Below the pieces are notes generated by a model that searched no databases, had not been told where the DNA came from, and saw nothing but the letters and a program-made list of their open reading frames with translations. From Euprymna scolopes (Eukaryota): a stretch of 64,000 nucleotides of DNA. Positions 40,170 to 54,900 of the stretch are shown piece after piece (position 1 is the stretch's first letter; each line of letters begins with the position of its first letter). Both the position numbers and the translations under genes were made by a program. The stretch lies in NCBI GenBank assembly GCA_053919585.1, contig CM132790.1; one strand, 5' to 3'.

Positions 40170-41200
40170 TCATCTAAACTTGATAAGTTAAGTGAGGCTA
40201 GTGCGCTAACGTTAGACAAATGCAAACCCTTTGACAATGGCTAGTATAGAGGTCTTCTCGGGGATATCTACTCGTACGGTATTTGATATAATTATATTTT
40301 TCTTAGCTAAAACAAAGATTCAGATCATCCTCGATAGTCATACATCTAAACTGCACCACGTTTATGGAAGGGTACACCACTGATCCGTATTAGACCTATA
40401 TTATTCCTGGTCTTCATAAACGACCTCCTTACTGCAATTGAGTCAGAGATGGTTGATAAGTGCATTTTCTGATTTATTCCCGGCATGGGGGCAAATCGAA
40501 TGACGACACATCCAAGGTATTGTTGAATCTTTAGAAGATGACCTCAAGTCTTTGGTAGAATGGGCTAAAAATGGATGGGCACATGTAATGCTGCCAAGAC
40601 AAAGCTCATTTCTTTTAACAAATATAAGAAATCTTTTCAACCATTGATTGTTATAAGTGATAGCATGATTCCAGATTGTTCAGCATTTAAACTACTCCAC
40701 TTGATATTCTCAGGCAACATGAAGTAGAATAAGTACATAGAAGATGCTGCCAAGTCTGCTGCAAAGAATGTAGCTTTCCTCTACCAGACTAGAAAACTCC
40801 TCAAAATTATCAGTATCTTATATCCCTAGAAAGCCACCATTCGCCCGTGCAGAGGGCATTGTTGCCACATCTGAGATGGTGCGCCAACCATTAGCTTTTT
40901 CCTCTCGTGCAATCTTCAAGAAAAAACGAATTTTAACCTAATAGATTCGCACTGCCTTTCAAGTCCTTGTCGCGTCATCGCAGTGTTGCATGCCTGTGTT
41001 TTTCACGATTACTTCGATTCACTACTACACTTGTACCCGCTCGACGTAAATAAGACTTGCCCGACCAACAGCAAAATCTCTTCATTGTAGAGGTCCCTTC
41101 TTTTTTCGTACCGCTTGCTTTTTGGAATTCCCTCTCAGTTTCCTGTTTCCTTGACTATAAAACATCCAGAAATATACACGTGATGTTGATAAAGATCTTG
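40170..41200 (+). mobile_element. Decayed CR1/L2-like LINE fragment
   Basis: ILFLVFINDL RT remnant near 40400; 3' FWNSLSVSCF remnant. Confidence 0.55.
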
Positions 41201-41458
41201 CTACCAAACTTCCCACCCAGGTTACTCCATTTCACAGTAGCTCCCTATGTTTCAATAGCAATATGCTCTTTGGATGCGAACAGAAGTAATCAAAACGAAA
41301 AAAAAAATGCTCGAATTTCCCATGCTATTTAATAGCGATGTATCTAACGGAGTCGATATTTTTTCAGCCTAGCTAATATTAATTTTATGCCTTCCGTCAT
41401 TTTCTTGACAAAAAATGCATTCTAATTCCGTTCTTTGCAAAAAACCTTACCGCCTAGG

Positions 41459-42560
41459 ATTTTTTTTTACATAGGAGTCACCACTTATTAAGGCCCGGAG
41501 GCCACTCGAGAGTAAGGGTCAATATCATAGTAATCATTAGTAGTGAAAATATGGTCAATTGGATTACTTAAGGGACGGCTCATCAAGAACTTGTTTACGT
41601 TGGACTTGAAGACAACCAAATTGTAGTCAGCTGGAAAGCAGAAAAACGGGAAACAGTTCCACAGGCGTGCAGTTCTAAGAAAGAAACTTTGTTCATGGAA
41701 TATACGTTTAGGTTTATGCACAGATAAATAGTGGGGGATATTATTAATAGTGGTTTCAACTAGACGAGTGTTTTTAGTGAAAGTTTAGCTAGGAAAGACC
41801 ATAGAGGGAGCTCAGACGAGCACTTGCCATGAAAATAATAATAAAGCAGACATAAGCTCGTAAAGTCTCTTCTGTGGGAAAGAGGTTGCACAGAAGAAGT
41901 CTATTTTGAACTCTGTCAAGGCAGGATATAAAGTATTTCTAGCAGCTACTGCCCAGATGTGGCAACATTATTCCATTCTTTAGCGCACCTGGTTTTTTAT
42001 AGGTAGAGAATTGCATCAGCAGTGAGATATCTATTGGAGCAGTAGAGAATCCCACAATTTGTTCCAGCGACCTTGGCAACGGATTTGATGTACGTGTTTC
42101 TTTTCAGATCAGGAGGAAAGGTCAGACCCAGAAGCTTGTCAAACGTGGAGCCTCTTCAAGACAATGGCCATTCATTTCAATTGATGCTAGATGGGGATCA
42201 GAGCGTTGATGATGTAAAGATAAAAGCTGGGTTTTAGATGCATTAAAATTAACCAGCCACCTCTTTTCCCATAGCAACACGTGCTCAGGATCAGAGGTGA
42301 GAGAATCAGAGAGAACGATAATTTAGGTCTCTGATGTGTTGCCATATATGGCAGTATCATCAGCATAAATGTCTAAAAATGATCTTAGGAGACGATTTGG
42401 GAGATCATTGATGTAGATCAGGAAGAGAGTTAGGCCCAAGATGGACCCCTGAGGGACTCCAGTATTAATACTGATTTCTGCCCATCAACCACTACTCTTA
42501 TGAACCTATGAGAGAGAAATGATTTAATAATTGAGAAGGCATTTCCACCTATACCTAGGA
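41459..42560 (-). mobile_element. CR1/L2-like LINE, 5'-truncated
   Basis: [20 protein letters not shown] and DIYADDTAI (YADD ~42357-42368); T run at ~41460; same family as 28407-28925. Confidence 0.85.
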
Positions 42561-43959
42561 TTGCTGTTACAAGGAAACACTTTTGTTAATGACCGTAACA
42601 GATTCATCATTAATTTTTTAAAAATTGAACACTGGTCCACCTTTCACAGATTTCGATATTAAACTATACACGTGTTATTACTTCTAGCATGGAAATAAAC
42701 TTATTAAGAAAACACATCAACAATTTATTTATACGAGTAAAGATAAGTATTTATACTTATTAGGAAATGGAACAATTACTGTTGAGAAAGATAATTCGTT
42801 TTCTTTAAACCAGAATTATTTCATTTGCTATACAAACTCCAAAACGTCTTCTCATTTCATAATTTAGCATGGAAATTTTATTCGCATGAAGTTCATTGTT
42901 TTTAGTTCTATGATGTAAAACAAGTAAAATAAGTCAGTGAAATCGACAAAAATGTAAAATTAAAATAAATTCAGCTTAAAAAAATTAATATGTCTAATTT
43001 TAAAACTATATATAAGTTCTTTTTTTAATCTCATTCATACACAAAAGTTATCGTCTTTATGAATTCGTTTGGCTGATTTTTTTCCTAAAAACAAACCCTA
43101 CGTTATAATAAGATTGCAAGGAAAATAATCACTGGTGCCATGTCACCAGCAAATTGTTTCCCTTTGTTGTCAGCAAAAGTGTTAGAAAGCAACATAGAAT
43201 TCAGTGATATCGGACGTCTTGTACTTAGCGTTCGGTTGAATGAAGAATAGATATCTCTATCGTGGCTTGACAAGAGTAAAAACTAAGCTCAATAATGTTG
43301 TGTATAATGGTACGCTTATGGTTTTCATATGTTAACTACTGTAAATAAATCTGTGTTTGTACTTACCATTCATTTCATCTGCCATTCGTTCTTATAATAG
43401 TTATGTTTGAGACTTCTACTAAATACAGACATGTGAGGTAAAATCATATCTTATACCAACAAAATAAATAATTGCAGTTCACTCTTTCCAGTAAGTAACA
43501 TTCGCGCTAAACATGATTGCCTTCCCGTATTATAGATCAAGGTGACCTGAAAAACGTATGAATCATTATACTATATTGTCTATTATCAATATGATTTTCT
43601 TTACTTTTCGCACACTACAAGGGTGCTGAGGAGACGGTATCCGTATCAGCCCTTGGATCCAACAAAGCCAGAGCCAAGAAAAGGGTAGGTTCATTCAAAG
43701 ATCAACTGCTTGTGTATTCGCATCCGTAGTTTGACAACACATGGCACATAAACAAATAATAGATACTAAATCTCCATCCAAGAATCTCCGTAATTTTCCT
43801 TGTTCTATTCCATTTTCATTTTGCTTTCTTTATACCTTGTATGTTTTTTACAATAATAACGCTCTTTTAGTAACTAGACTCACAGTTTGGTTTTACAACT
43901 TCAATTAAACTTTGATGGCCTTTCGTGGTCGAAGAATCACAAGTTCTGAATTTTTACGC

Positions 43960-43962
<3 letters not shown>

Positions 43963-44017
<55 letters not shown>
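43963..44017. repeat. (AAT)n microsatellite
   Basis: Pure trinucleotide run. Confidence 0.95.
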
Positions 44018-44018
<1 letters not shown>

Positions 44019-44397
44019 CGGAAATTTTTGATCCAGAGAATTATTTTTAATACAAAAATAAATTAAATATTCGCAGAATAAGAAGATGACTAATGACTAA
44101 ATGTTCAATTGCTTATTATTTAAAGTAAAATGATTTTAAACAGTACTCTAAAACGTTTCTAAAGGTTTGTCTAATTAAAATTATTGGTTCGGATAGAATA
44201 TGTAATCGATAAAATTGATTGAAATTCCTTTTCATGTAAATAACCCAAATTATAGATTTCCATTATTCACTAACCAGACGCAGATATTGAATTTTCATAT
44301 GTAATGCTATGCTGATGCTATGCTATGCTGATAAGTTTTTATAGATTCTATCATATGAGAAAATTATGTAAATTTTTATTAAAACAAAACAAAAATA

Positions 44398-44418
44398 TGT
44401 TGTTGTTGTTGTTGTTGT

Positions 44419-44479
<61 letters not shown>

Positions 44480-44480
44480 T
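44398..44480. repeat. Compound (TTG)n(AAT)n microsatellite
   Basis: Direct inspection. Confidence 0.95.
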
Positions 44481-44614
44481 AAAATTATTTGATATTATGA
44501 AACATGGGATTTAATTTTTTAATAAGAGCATGCTATCTAGAAAAATTAAAATCTATAAATTTATGAGTCGTATAATGAAGGGCGGATAATCTATATTACT
44601 TATAATTATTATTA

Positions 44615-45700
44615 AATGCCGTACCCGGCCACGCGTTGCTGTGGCTCAGTTTGTGCAAATGGAAATCCCCCCAAAAATACAAAATTCATTGTTTTTTATT
44701 AAGAAAGAATTAGTGTGACAACTGTTTTTTCCTTATAGAAAAATATTCGTATGTTAATTAATAAATAAAATAGTTGTATATTTATTTATTTATTTATTTA
44801 TTTGCGGACTGTTATCCTCGTCTCATATAATAAGCGGAGTGAGCGAGCGAGAGAGTGTTTGAGAGAGATAAGGAGAGTTAGGAAGAGTATATACAGAAAG
44901 GGAGAGAGGCAGGAAAATAAAAACTGTTGTAGATAAAGTTGACGCCGTAAAATGAGTTTTTCGGCATAAGAAGAAATGTAAAGAAGCGAGTGCGAGATAG
45001 AAGAGAGAGAGAGAGGGAAAAAAATTTTTAAAAACTGTTATGGGTAGTGTTGACGCTGTGAAATGTTTGTTTTGTTTTTTTTTTGCCATGTAAAGAAATG
45101 TAAAAAGCGACAGAGAGAGAGGAAGAGAGAGAGAGAGAGAGCGAGGAAATAAAAACTTGTAGATAACGTTGACGCCGTGAAATGTTTGGGGTTTTTTCGG
45201 CATAAAAAGAAATGTAAAAAGCGAGCAAGAGAGATCAAAAGAGAGAGAGATCAAAAGAGAGAGAGCGAGCGAGCGCGAGGGAGAGAGGGGAAATAAAATT
45301 GTTGTATTGACGCCGTAAAATGTATGTTTTTTTTCGACGTAAACAGAAATGTACAAAGCGAACGAGCGATCGAGGAAATAGAAACCGTTTTAGATAACGT
45401 TGACGCTATAAAATTTTCGGGGTTTTTTCGGCATAAAAAGAAATGTACAACACGAATGAGCGAGAGGAAATAAATATTTGTTGTTTTTTCTTCGGCATCG
45501 CCGTGAAATGTTTTTTCTCCGGCATAAGAAATGTAAAAAGCGAGCGAGAAAGTGTGAGCGAGATAGAAAGAGTTGAAAAGAATATAGAGAGAGATAGGGA
45601 GGGAGGAAGAGAGAGAGAGAAAATACAAACTGGTGTAGATATTGTTGACGCCGTAAAATGTAAGAAAATGAACGCAGCAATTCAGACAGAGGGCAAAAGT
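44615..45700 (-). mobile_element. Probable Helitron carrying a degenerate ~110-130 bp minisatellite
   Basis: Minus-strand hairpin GCCACAGCAACGCGTGGC near 44630-44645; about 7 units of GTTGACGCCGTAAAATG..TTTCGGCATAAGAAGAAATGTAAA..(GA)n. Confidence 0.5.
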
Positions 45701-47525
45701 AGGTATCATTGTGACGCCATATGTGAACATTAGTATTCGTTTAGCATGCAAACGATATTGACTAGAGGCGGTAGGAGGACTTGATATTTAGAGGGAAAAA
45801 TAGAAACTACTTCCTCTAAAGATGGTTGTGATTATGATGATGTTGCTCCTAAGATGAAATGTAAAATTTTGTTTAACGACTAAATATGTCTAAACTGTCG
45901 TTCTAAAGTTACGTAAGTCTAGACACAATAAATTTGCATGTGACATCTGTTGTTGTAAACCTACAGTACTTTGGTCCAGATGGGAATTTCTGCAATCAAA
46001 ATATTATATATGAGGATATTCTTCTTATGTAGGATCAATGGATAATCAGTCACCGTATCAACAAACTTTGATAAAATGTCAAATATATGACTACCTTTTA
46101 GCACTTGATTGACGCAAAATGATTTTTTAATAAAAACTGTTCTTATAAAAACAGTTTTTATATGAAAAAAATCATTTTAACTTGTGATAGTTCTGCTCCT
46201 CAATTTATTTATTATTTCTTTAGTCTAAGTTGAAATAATTTCGTCGTCTAAACTGGAGAGAGCTTATCAAAAATAGTTCTCAATATTTTGTAAAAATGTT
46301 TTTGTATTTTAAATAACATCTTGTTATAAATTTTTGTGATGGTTCAATAATTGTTAAATTAACAGTGAATGTTTATTATGCGATTTGAACTTTTTCTTTC
46401 AAAGTCAAATAACTCGTATTTCATAAAAATGCTGCAGTTATTAAAATGGAAACATGGTGATTTGAAATTACCTGACCGATACACTAAACGTTGCAGAATA
46501 TCTTTTTATGTAATTTTACGTTATGCAATTGTGCCAGAAATACACAAGATAATAGTTGTTGCAATATGTATCCAGAAACTAACAATAGAAGTAGAAATTT
46601 GACGCCATTGTAACTCTTTAACTTATGAAAATAATTAAACTAAGTGAATTTTCGATTCTGGTGTGAATTCGTCATGTTTATGGCATTCGTAACAGACGGA
46701 AACAACTATACAAATATCATTACGCAATTATATAATTACTCCAGTCTTGGTTGGATTAAGAAGTTTATCTGGCAACGTTCCACACGAAAACATATTTCTC
46801 ATTTTTTGTAACTCCATTATACAAATTTACTTTATTTTTTGAGGATCTTATATTAAAAATATTTTTGTATGCCAAAAATGGAGGTATTTGAGTAATTTGT
46901 GTGTTCATATGATAAGTCACTTCCTAATTATTTTTATTTTATTCATAACTTGTTCAAAATATCACGGATGGCATCTTCAATCTTTGTATTTGTAATAAAC
47001 GTATCAATTACCTTTGGTTATCGAATATAACCGATTATCCAAAAAAGTTACAGTGTATATCTAGAGGATGCTCTTACTTAAGGACTATCGGATCAAATTG
47101 AAAAAATTAAATCGATTGAAATTATTTTTATGTAAATGTTTCTATGAGAACGGATTATGGTATAAGCATGATGTTTTCAGGATTTCTTTTCTGAGAAACA
47201 AAAGTTAAGATAATAAAATAGTAACCCGAATTGGATTTTTAAATGCCAGATAAATCATTAATGACCGATCGCTTCAGATATTCACCAAATACATTGATTA
47301 CAATTAATTAGGATAAAAATATATATTAGCCATATTTTCGTATTCTCCGTTGCTAATATTTATTGCTAATATTTATTGCGAATATTTATTGCTAATATTT
47401 ATTGCTACGGTCATTTCATACTTTGCTGTGTAAATAAGTATTGAAACTGAAATCCTCAGTTTATCTTAAAATTGGTGCACGAATTTTACTACAATTTTCT
47501 ATCGAGTAGCTAAACAATTTTATCA

Positions 47526-47571
<46 letters not shown>

Positions 47572-47702
47572 ATGAAATAAAAAATGCAGTGCTTACCTGA
47601 TATAAGCAATGGTAAACTTCAATCTAATATAAATACCAGTATTTATATATAGATATTTTAATCCAACCAAATAAAAAGGTCAATACACAATAGAGTTTAT
47701 TA

Positions 47703-47927
47703 AAAGAGAACAAAATTAAAATTGTAAGTTGAAATTTACAATCAAATTTATTGTTCGACTAAATACTCCAAGAACAATTTACAAAGTCCTTATTCCGCGG
47801 ACTTTCCAAGAATCATATTCTTGTTATTCTTCTCATCAGAAGACAGAAGAATAGTATTCTTTGAAATTCCACGGAACAATAAATTTGATTATAAATTTAA
47901 ACTTACACTTTTAATTTATTTTCTCTT
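47703..47927. repeat. Fold-back repeat containing a hammerhead, Penelope pseudo-LTR-like
   Basis: 47703-47755 is inverted at 47875-47927; hammerhead core lies between the arms. Confidence 0.6.
47786..47844 (-). ncRNA. Minimal hammerhead ribozyme, second family, slightly degenerate
   Basis: GUCUU-CUGAUGA-GAAGAAU..AUUCUUG-GAAA-G UCCGCGGA A-UA-AGGAC. Confidence 0.6.
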
Positions 47928-48159
47928 CCCATTTTTCAGTTGTTCACCTTGATGGTGCATTTATTTTGTTTATATTTTTTGTTCCATACTTTCCCATGTT
48001 TTTATTATCGCATCATCCATGAGTCGTTTTCTGCCTTATTATATAATGTCGGTCAGCATTATGCAATCGTTGCAGGTCACTGTGCATGAAAATTAAATTT
48101 TCTGGATCGTTTATTCATGTACTTTAATATCTTCTTTTGTGCCGTTTATAAAGTTTTCA

Positions 48160-48231
<72 letters not shown>
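48160..48231. repeat. (TAT)n microsatellite
   Basis: Explains the poly-Tyr ORF 48139-48480. Confidence 0.95.
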
Positions 48232-48849
48232 GAAGTTTTACTAATTATTATATATATACAATGCATAATATATATAATGCAATATTTTAGTAAATTTATA
48301 TATATATTGATTGTAACACGAAAAAACATCATAAGAAAAAGATATGAGAAACTTTCAAGATTTCAATCCTGGTGCGGGTTCAGATCGAAAAATGATACTT
48401 CTTTCGGTTTATGTATATTTATAAACAATACTTTTTCTTGTTTGAAGAAAGAAAAGAGCTGTTCTTGCTGCCTTGCTTAACCGGCATGCTACATCATCAA
48501 AGGTCGGCTGACAAAAATGCTTCAGCAATTAACTACATTTTCATTTATTTTAGATGCTACGAATATTTTATTTGGCAATAATTTCTATTCGTTTTCATCT
48601 CACAGCAAATTTTGGGCTAGAAAAATACTTACTATCAAAGATGGTTTACGACGTTCTGGAAATTTTGCGCGGGAAATTTAGAAATCCATAGAATTTTAAA
48701 TTTTTCAATGTTTTCATTGAACAAAATGTTACAAATTTTTATATACAAATATTATTTCAAATAAATATTTTTAGAGCGTATCGCTTTCCTATATGTACTC
48801 TCTATTCTTTTTTCTAATATGGATAGAATAATTATTGGCAAAAATTAAA

Positions 48850-50080
48850 AAGAGACTGCAGTTCGACACCACCTACAGCCAACACAATCTTTGTCACAAT
48901 TGACAAGGACCACTACAAAGAATTCACAATTGAATACCCGGCACTTCTGGATCCTTGGCAATTCTGAATTTCAGACATAGCATCTACAAAGAATAGGACA
49001 TAACCACTAAATTCGACAGGAAGCCCGCCTGTAGAGACATATTCATACATAGATCGGGTTTCTTCTTAAGGCAAAAATAGTCCAGAAAGACAGCCACATT
49101 CGTAATAAATCCGGAAAAGAGGTTGACAAAACCACTCTCAGCATGAAATTCCAATACGTATTGGAAATTAATCGATATCTCACAACGATCATCGAATACT
49201 TCGGGAAACCACGAATACTGACGCTCTTTCGGACACTTGCTTCCTGAAGTTGTTGTACTTCAACAACAAGATCACCACGGTTATCTACAAAGTTATACTT
49301 AAACAGAGTCTCGATATTTAGTTAATACACACTGGGCAATCACTGTGATAACAATTAACAACATGCAACACCAATTACAACAATACACCCTCCACCCTAG
49401 TAAACTGCCTTAATAACACTACTAGCATATGCCACCGTATATTATATTACATATCGTATACAGTGCACTACATACAACAAATTTTACATCAACAGAATCG
49501 TGAGCCCCTACATATTAGAATCAAGGAAGATATACAAACACGCACGTCTTACTTTCATAAACACATCCACACATGCAAGAACGCCAACAAATCAAATAAG
49601 ATATTCTGACCACGCAAAGAAATCTCTGCACTCTTGAGATACACGAATCCATGTTGATAGCAAAATTGCACTCTAAAATTAATCACCGACTCGAATTGTT
49701 CCTTTATACAGCGAAAGAAGAACAAGAAAATAAAAATTAATAATTCAAACCCTTAAATAAATACTTAGATCCCAATAAATGTGTACTTTATTAAAATAGT
49801 TAAGTTGAACAGGAAAAAACTTGTCTCCGCAAAGTTGTCTCCCTTTGACTAGATAAAATAAACCAATTGATTTAGTAAAGCTGAGAAGTAAATTTGAAAT
49901 TTAAAAAAATCCTTAATAAATATATGTAACAAATCTTTTTTAAATTAGCTTGATTTGAAATCTATTTGAATTTTTTTCTGAATAGCTTTTGCTAACAACG
50001 GCTTTCATATGCACATTTCAATTTAAGTTAAACACATATCTGACGAAGGGAAACATTCTTGAAATATCACATATTAATAA
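48850..50080 (+). mobile_element. Decayed Penelope-like element
   Basis: RT-thumb-like FTIE..LLD..DRKP remnants; GIY-YIG C-terminal-like IRIKE..KHIHTC..LEIHESMLIAKLHSKIN; degenerate hammerhead core CTGACGA..GAAA at ~50040-50064. Confidence 0.55.
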
Positions 50081-50251
50081 TAAGGTGCACAATTCATTCC
50101 ACCGTTATATGTCTTGATTTGTGTCGGTCCTTTACACTTCTGCATTGTATTGTCCTCTATAACTTAACTTTATATAGACACAAAACAATGCTTCAAGCAA
50201 ATTACTTTAAGCTCGTATATATATACATATATATGCATTTTTATTCGTATA

Positions 50252-51499
50252 CAGTGTGAGCAGAAAATCCGTGAACCAACTTATAAACTATTTATTAATA
50301 AAAAATGAATACAATTCATTTAAATGATATTACAATGACAGCTGACAAGACTGAAAATAAATGACAACAAATAATTTGCAATGTTAACTTGCATAACTTT
50401 CTCGATTCTCTGACACAAGTTTTCGACTGATGCACGTAAGTCAACCTGGGGAATTCTTGCCCATTCCCGCTGTAGTGGTTGCTTCAGAGCATCGATACCA
50501 GGGTGAGCAACGGAAAAGGCCTTTGCTTCTAACAACGGCTACACACAAAAGTCCATGGTATTCGAATCAGGCAATGAGGGATGCCACATTTCCTTACTCC
50601 AGAATCTTGGAAGTTGATGTAAGTACCATTCCTGAAATGTTCTTTACGTGTGATGGCGCACCATCTTGTTGAAAGGTAAAAGACTGATCTTTGAAGTGTT
50701 TTTTCATCTCTCCAAGAACTGGAACCAAAATTTCGTTGATTTAGCAGTCTGAATTGATTTTAACTTCCTGTTCCACGAAAATCAGGGGAGACTTCCAAGT
50801 TTTGGAGATGGCGGTCTACACCATGACAGAATACGGTTTTTTGATGGTAGTAAACTATTCTTACAGAATCTTTAATGTCTGCTGAAGACTTTGCATGAAT
50901 TTTATCGCTCTGTTTATTGAATTGAGCTTCAGTCGTAAACAGTTCTTCGTCTGAAAAAAATTACCTTTTGCACTGTCGTGCCTACTTTCAGTTCTCTAAG
51001 AAGAATCGGTGCTCTTTCAAGTCTCTTCTGCTTTTTCTCATCTTGTAGGGAGAGGACCGAAGATCATTTTTTAAGATGGTTCTCATTAAACCGTAGCTCA
51101 CATTCAGGTATTTAGCCATTTGTCTGATGGATCTCTTTGGGCTTCTCCTCACCTTCTCTCGGACAGCCTTAACCATTTTCTTTATTCGAGCAGTGCACTC
51201 CTAGGACGATCTTCAGATGTACTAAGTTCCTTAAATCTATTTACAACATGGTACACGGTCGATTTTTAAACTTTTAAGACCTTAATAATCTCAGAGTTGA
51301 CTTCCCCATGCGACGGACCTGACTGATGGCTTCGCTGGATCATTTTAGACATTATAATTAATGTTTTTTGTAAATATACTAACAGAAAAACGAAAAGATA
51401 AAAACTTTAGCCAAATGTTTGACATATTCAAAGATATTTTAAATGATAAATATGTTTAATCATCATTTTTTTAAGTCCGTGGACTTTATGCTCACTCTC
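50252..51499 (-). mobile_element. Tc1/mariner element (maT/DD37D-like), near full length, decayed
   Basis: Imperfect TIRs CAGTGTGAGCAGAAAATCC / GGACTTTATGCTCACTCTC with TA flanks; FSDEELFT and FQQDGAPSH motifs. Confidence 0.8.
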
Positions 51500-52426
51500 T
51501 ATACTAAGAAGTAATTCAGTTTTTTTCTATACGTGCTTCACCTTCAAAATCTAACACACTTTGTTATGTTTTTATTTTTTAAATTTAATTGCAATTGTTT
51601 TTTTATAACAAATAGACCCTAACACATATTTTATCTATATTTTTATAAATTAAATTTACTGATTCGCATATATTAAATCTTGCTTGCTAGATGGATATTT
51701 ATAAAGTTTTATACAAAAAAGGGACCATGTATATTTCTTAGATAATTTTGCTAATTTTTATTAAATACATTACATTTTTGTGTCCTGTATTTATAACATG
51801 ATATTTCATTAGATTTATACAAAAGCCAATAAACAAAAATCAAGGAACAGGTTTCAGCTTCACATTTCTATGCACAATTTTCATCATCCTGGATAATGTA
51901 GGAGGTTCCTAGAACCATCATTATTTAAGTTTTAATATATTTTCTAATTTCAAGCGAGAAAAAAATGCCAAACTAGTATGTCAAATAGATTTTCTAAATC
52001 CACGATATATTTTATCACTATACATGTAAAACTAATTCGTCATATATCCATGAAGTATCTCAGATCAGATTTCGAAACAAATCTATCGAATATTTATTAT
52101 ACATAATATCCCCTCCCCCGCATAGCAATTCGTTTTCACATGGTCTGTTAATTAATGTTGTTTCATTTTATCATATTTCAATTAGTAAACATTATGATAA
52201 TTCATATTTTTAGCACGAGAGACATTTGATAATAGCCCTGATATCGTACATGAAAATACAAAACGCTATCGCTAGATTTCGTTAGGGGTTGGTAATTTCT
52301 AAACTATAAATATCAAACATGGCTTGCAGATCGGATCCGGTCAGTTTCCACTCCATCTACTTACATTCAAGTTTATAAAAATCTCATTTCTATTTTAATG
52401 TTCTCTCCATTATATATGTGCAAAAG

Positions 52427-52619
52427 TTATAAATAGGCTTATGACAACAGCATATTCTTTTTCCTTGTTTTGATTCTCAGGTATATATCCATTAATATCT
52501 TATATGTTTTTTATGTAGAGTGATGTGGTTCTCGGTTGATTAATTGTGTCTGTGTCGGATATATACTCGAGAGTCAAAACAATGAAAAGAATATGCTGTT
52601 ATCATAGCCCTAATTATAA
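52427..52619. mobile_element. MITE-like inverted-repeat element
   Basis: ~60-bp imperfect inverted arms; a further arm copy at ~62370-62425. Confidence 0.65.
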
Positions 52620-53149
52620 AATAGCTTATTTTTTTAAATATTAATCGATAAACACAGATTATTCAACGGAAAGGCAATCATCTAGAAGAAGCTCTGGGGA
52701 TCATTTTCGAATTATGAGAATTGCATTCAATGTGGAATGAATTTCACCAGTTTGTTGTTTACATATTGTACTAACACTTATTTCTTTTCTTTATTGTTGA
52801 ATTGTTATCGTGCATATTTGTTCATGTGAGTTCCATTATTTAACCGATGAGATATATTTTATGAATAAATCTTAACAGGAAAAAAAAAAACAGAATAAAT
52901 ATCAGATCTCGAATTCTAAACACATCAAACCACAGGAATAATTGCAATTTTATCGATGCAAACTGTATTAAACACATGGAAATTTAAAACAAATTTTTAA
53001 ATAATATAATAATTTCTATTNNNNNNNNNNNNNNNNNNNNNNNNNNNNNNNNNNNNNNNNNNNNNNNNNNNNNNNNNNNNNNNNNNNNNNNNNNNNNNNN
53101 NNNNNNNNNNNNNNNNNNNNNNNNNNNNNNNNNNNNNNNNNNNNNNNNG

Positions 53150-54900
53150 CAAGCACTAAAGTTACATCTTCTAGATGTTTGAATTGTATTATTTAGGGTA
53201 ATATTGAAATCAGTTTGTTACATTGACAAAAATTAGACAAAACTAAGACAGCATTCGTTGACTAATACAAAAACGACTTTAGGAAGAGACAAAGGGGGCA
53301 CTTCCTCGGCAATCTTTACACCATTTTTATATTAATCATATTTTAACAGTGGAATGAGATGAAACCGCCATTTATTGGGGAAAGAGTAACAACGTCTCTT
53401 CTTTGAGAACGGGACTTTAAAGAACGTTGGAGTTTTCCGCTGAATTACAGGGTGAAACGATAAAATTGTCGCCATAGAAAATACGACATGATTCCATTTC
53501 CGTTTGATGAAAACCGGTTTTCTATTTTTTGTGGCATACCATCTACTAGTTGGCCAGTTGTGTACAAATCCAAAAAGTGATAGGAACCTTCTATCATATC
53601 TGAAAGGGACACAATGTTCAACGCGCGAAATCGAAGATGCGTCGCTGTAAAACTCATGCTCTCTACCGATCCAAGTTATGCCAACAGGACCATTGCCAAC
53701 ACCCTCAAAATGAAAATCCGGACAGTTCAACGCTTGAGGGTGCAGCTCAACGAAGTTTCCGGCTACGGTTATAGTCTTTGGTATGGTTTCGAGTAAGGGC
53801 CACACATGCCATCTCATATCTTCGAAGTCGACTTGAAACTCGACGCCAAAGTGTACCTGGATGTGCTGAAGACTGTGGTGATCCCCTGGTGCAATCAGGT
53901 GGTTGCTGGCAGACCCTGGATGTGGCAACAGGACTCGACGCCGCCCCACAAGTTCAAAGAAACACAGGCTTGGCTTCAGAAAAAGTGCTACGACTCCGTA
54001 CCCTTCTCTCGCTGTCCCTCCCCACCTCTTCCGCCGACCTGAATCCGCTGGACTACTTCGTTTGGTCATACGTCGAGAACATCCCCAACATGACCTCCCA
54101 CAACACGAAAACCAAAATGATCGCCGCCATCCGCCGAGTATTCGCTGAGCCCGCTGATGCTTGTGGGAAAGTAATGCTCCCAGTTCCGAACCCGTATCGA
54201 GGCGGTGATTGAGGCTACAGGCGTCTACATTGAAAGTATGTCAGCGCTATTACATAATCAAGTTACCTGAATTGATTCTTTCAATAAAAAATTTTTAATG
54301 AAGCTGTAGCTTTTCTTTAAAATAAAGCCGTTTTCTTTATCGTCCACCCTGTACTAAGACTACATTCCGAGGTAAAAGTATGGCGGAGAACAACAAGACA
54401 ACAAAATTACCTTCTATACATCAACGATAGTAAAAAGCTAAAGAATAGAACATTTTTATGTCATGGATCGACTGCAAGGAAGAATATGGCGCAATCACAA
54501 AAGTAGATAATTTATTGCATGAAGATGAAGACTGGACTTAATAGCTGGTGACAACATCTGACAGATTAAAGAGAGGCATTTTTCAGAGAGATTAACTGTT
54601 TGTTGCCAAAACTATGATGCGACTCACTAACATACTCTGATGATTAGTGAAAACTAATAGACAAAAAACGGATCGCATTAACGGTCACAACTAGGCTCTT
54701 TAATCATGATATAGAAAAGAAATAAAAAGTAAAAAGTAGAAACATCGGAACACAGATTTTTCCAATCGAGAGGTGAACATGATAACTATAAATAGCTGAG
54801 CATTCTTGAAAGCGGATTCAAATCATCAGAGGTGAAAGAGATGATTTTAAAAAGAGCACGTGAGAATAAGAAAGTTCATTGAAACCAAATTAGATAGTAG
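53150..54900 (+). mobile_element. Decayed R4/Dong-like non-LTR retrotransposon fragments flanking a DNA transposon
   Basis: NYLLYINDSKKL near 54405 resembles the NHLLYMDDIKL RT motif; boundaries approximate. Confidence 0.4.
53448..54351 (+). mobile_element. Internally deleted Tc1/mariner (maT-like) element
   Basis: TA|CAGGGTGAAACGATAAA ... TTTATCGTCCACCCTG|TA; WQQDSTPPHK and SADLNPLDYFVWSYVE; HTH joined to the mid-catalytic domain near 53755. Confidence 0.85.

Noticed and set aside
44823-45751. 100-177 aa ORFs rich in Ser/Leu/Phe
   Set aside because: Translations of (GA)n minisatellite sequence
53332-54069. 245-aa minus-strand ORF
   Set aside because: Antisense shadow of the plus-strand transposase remnant
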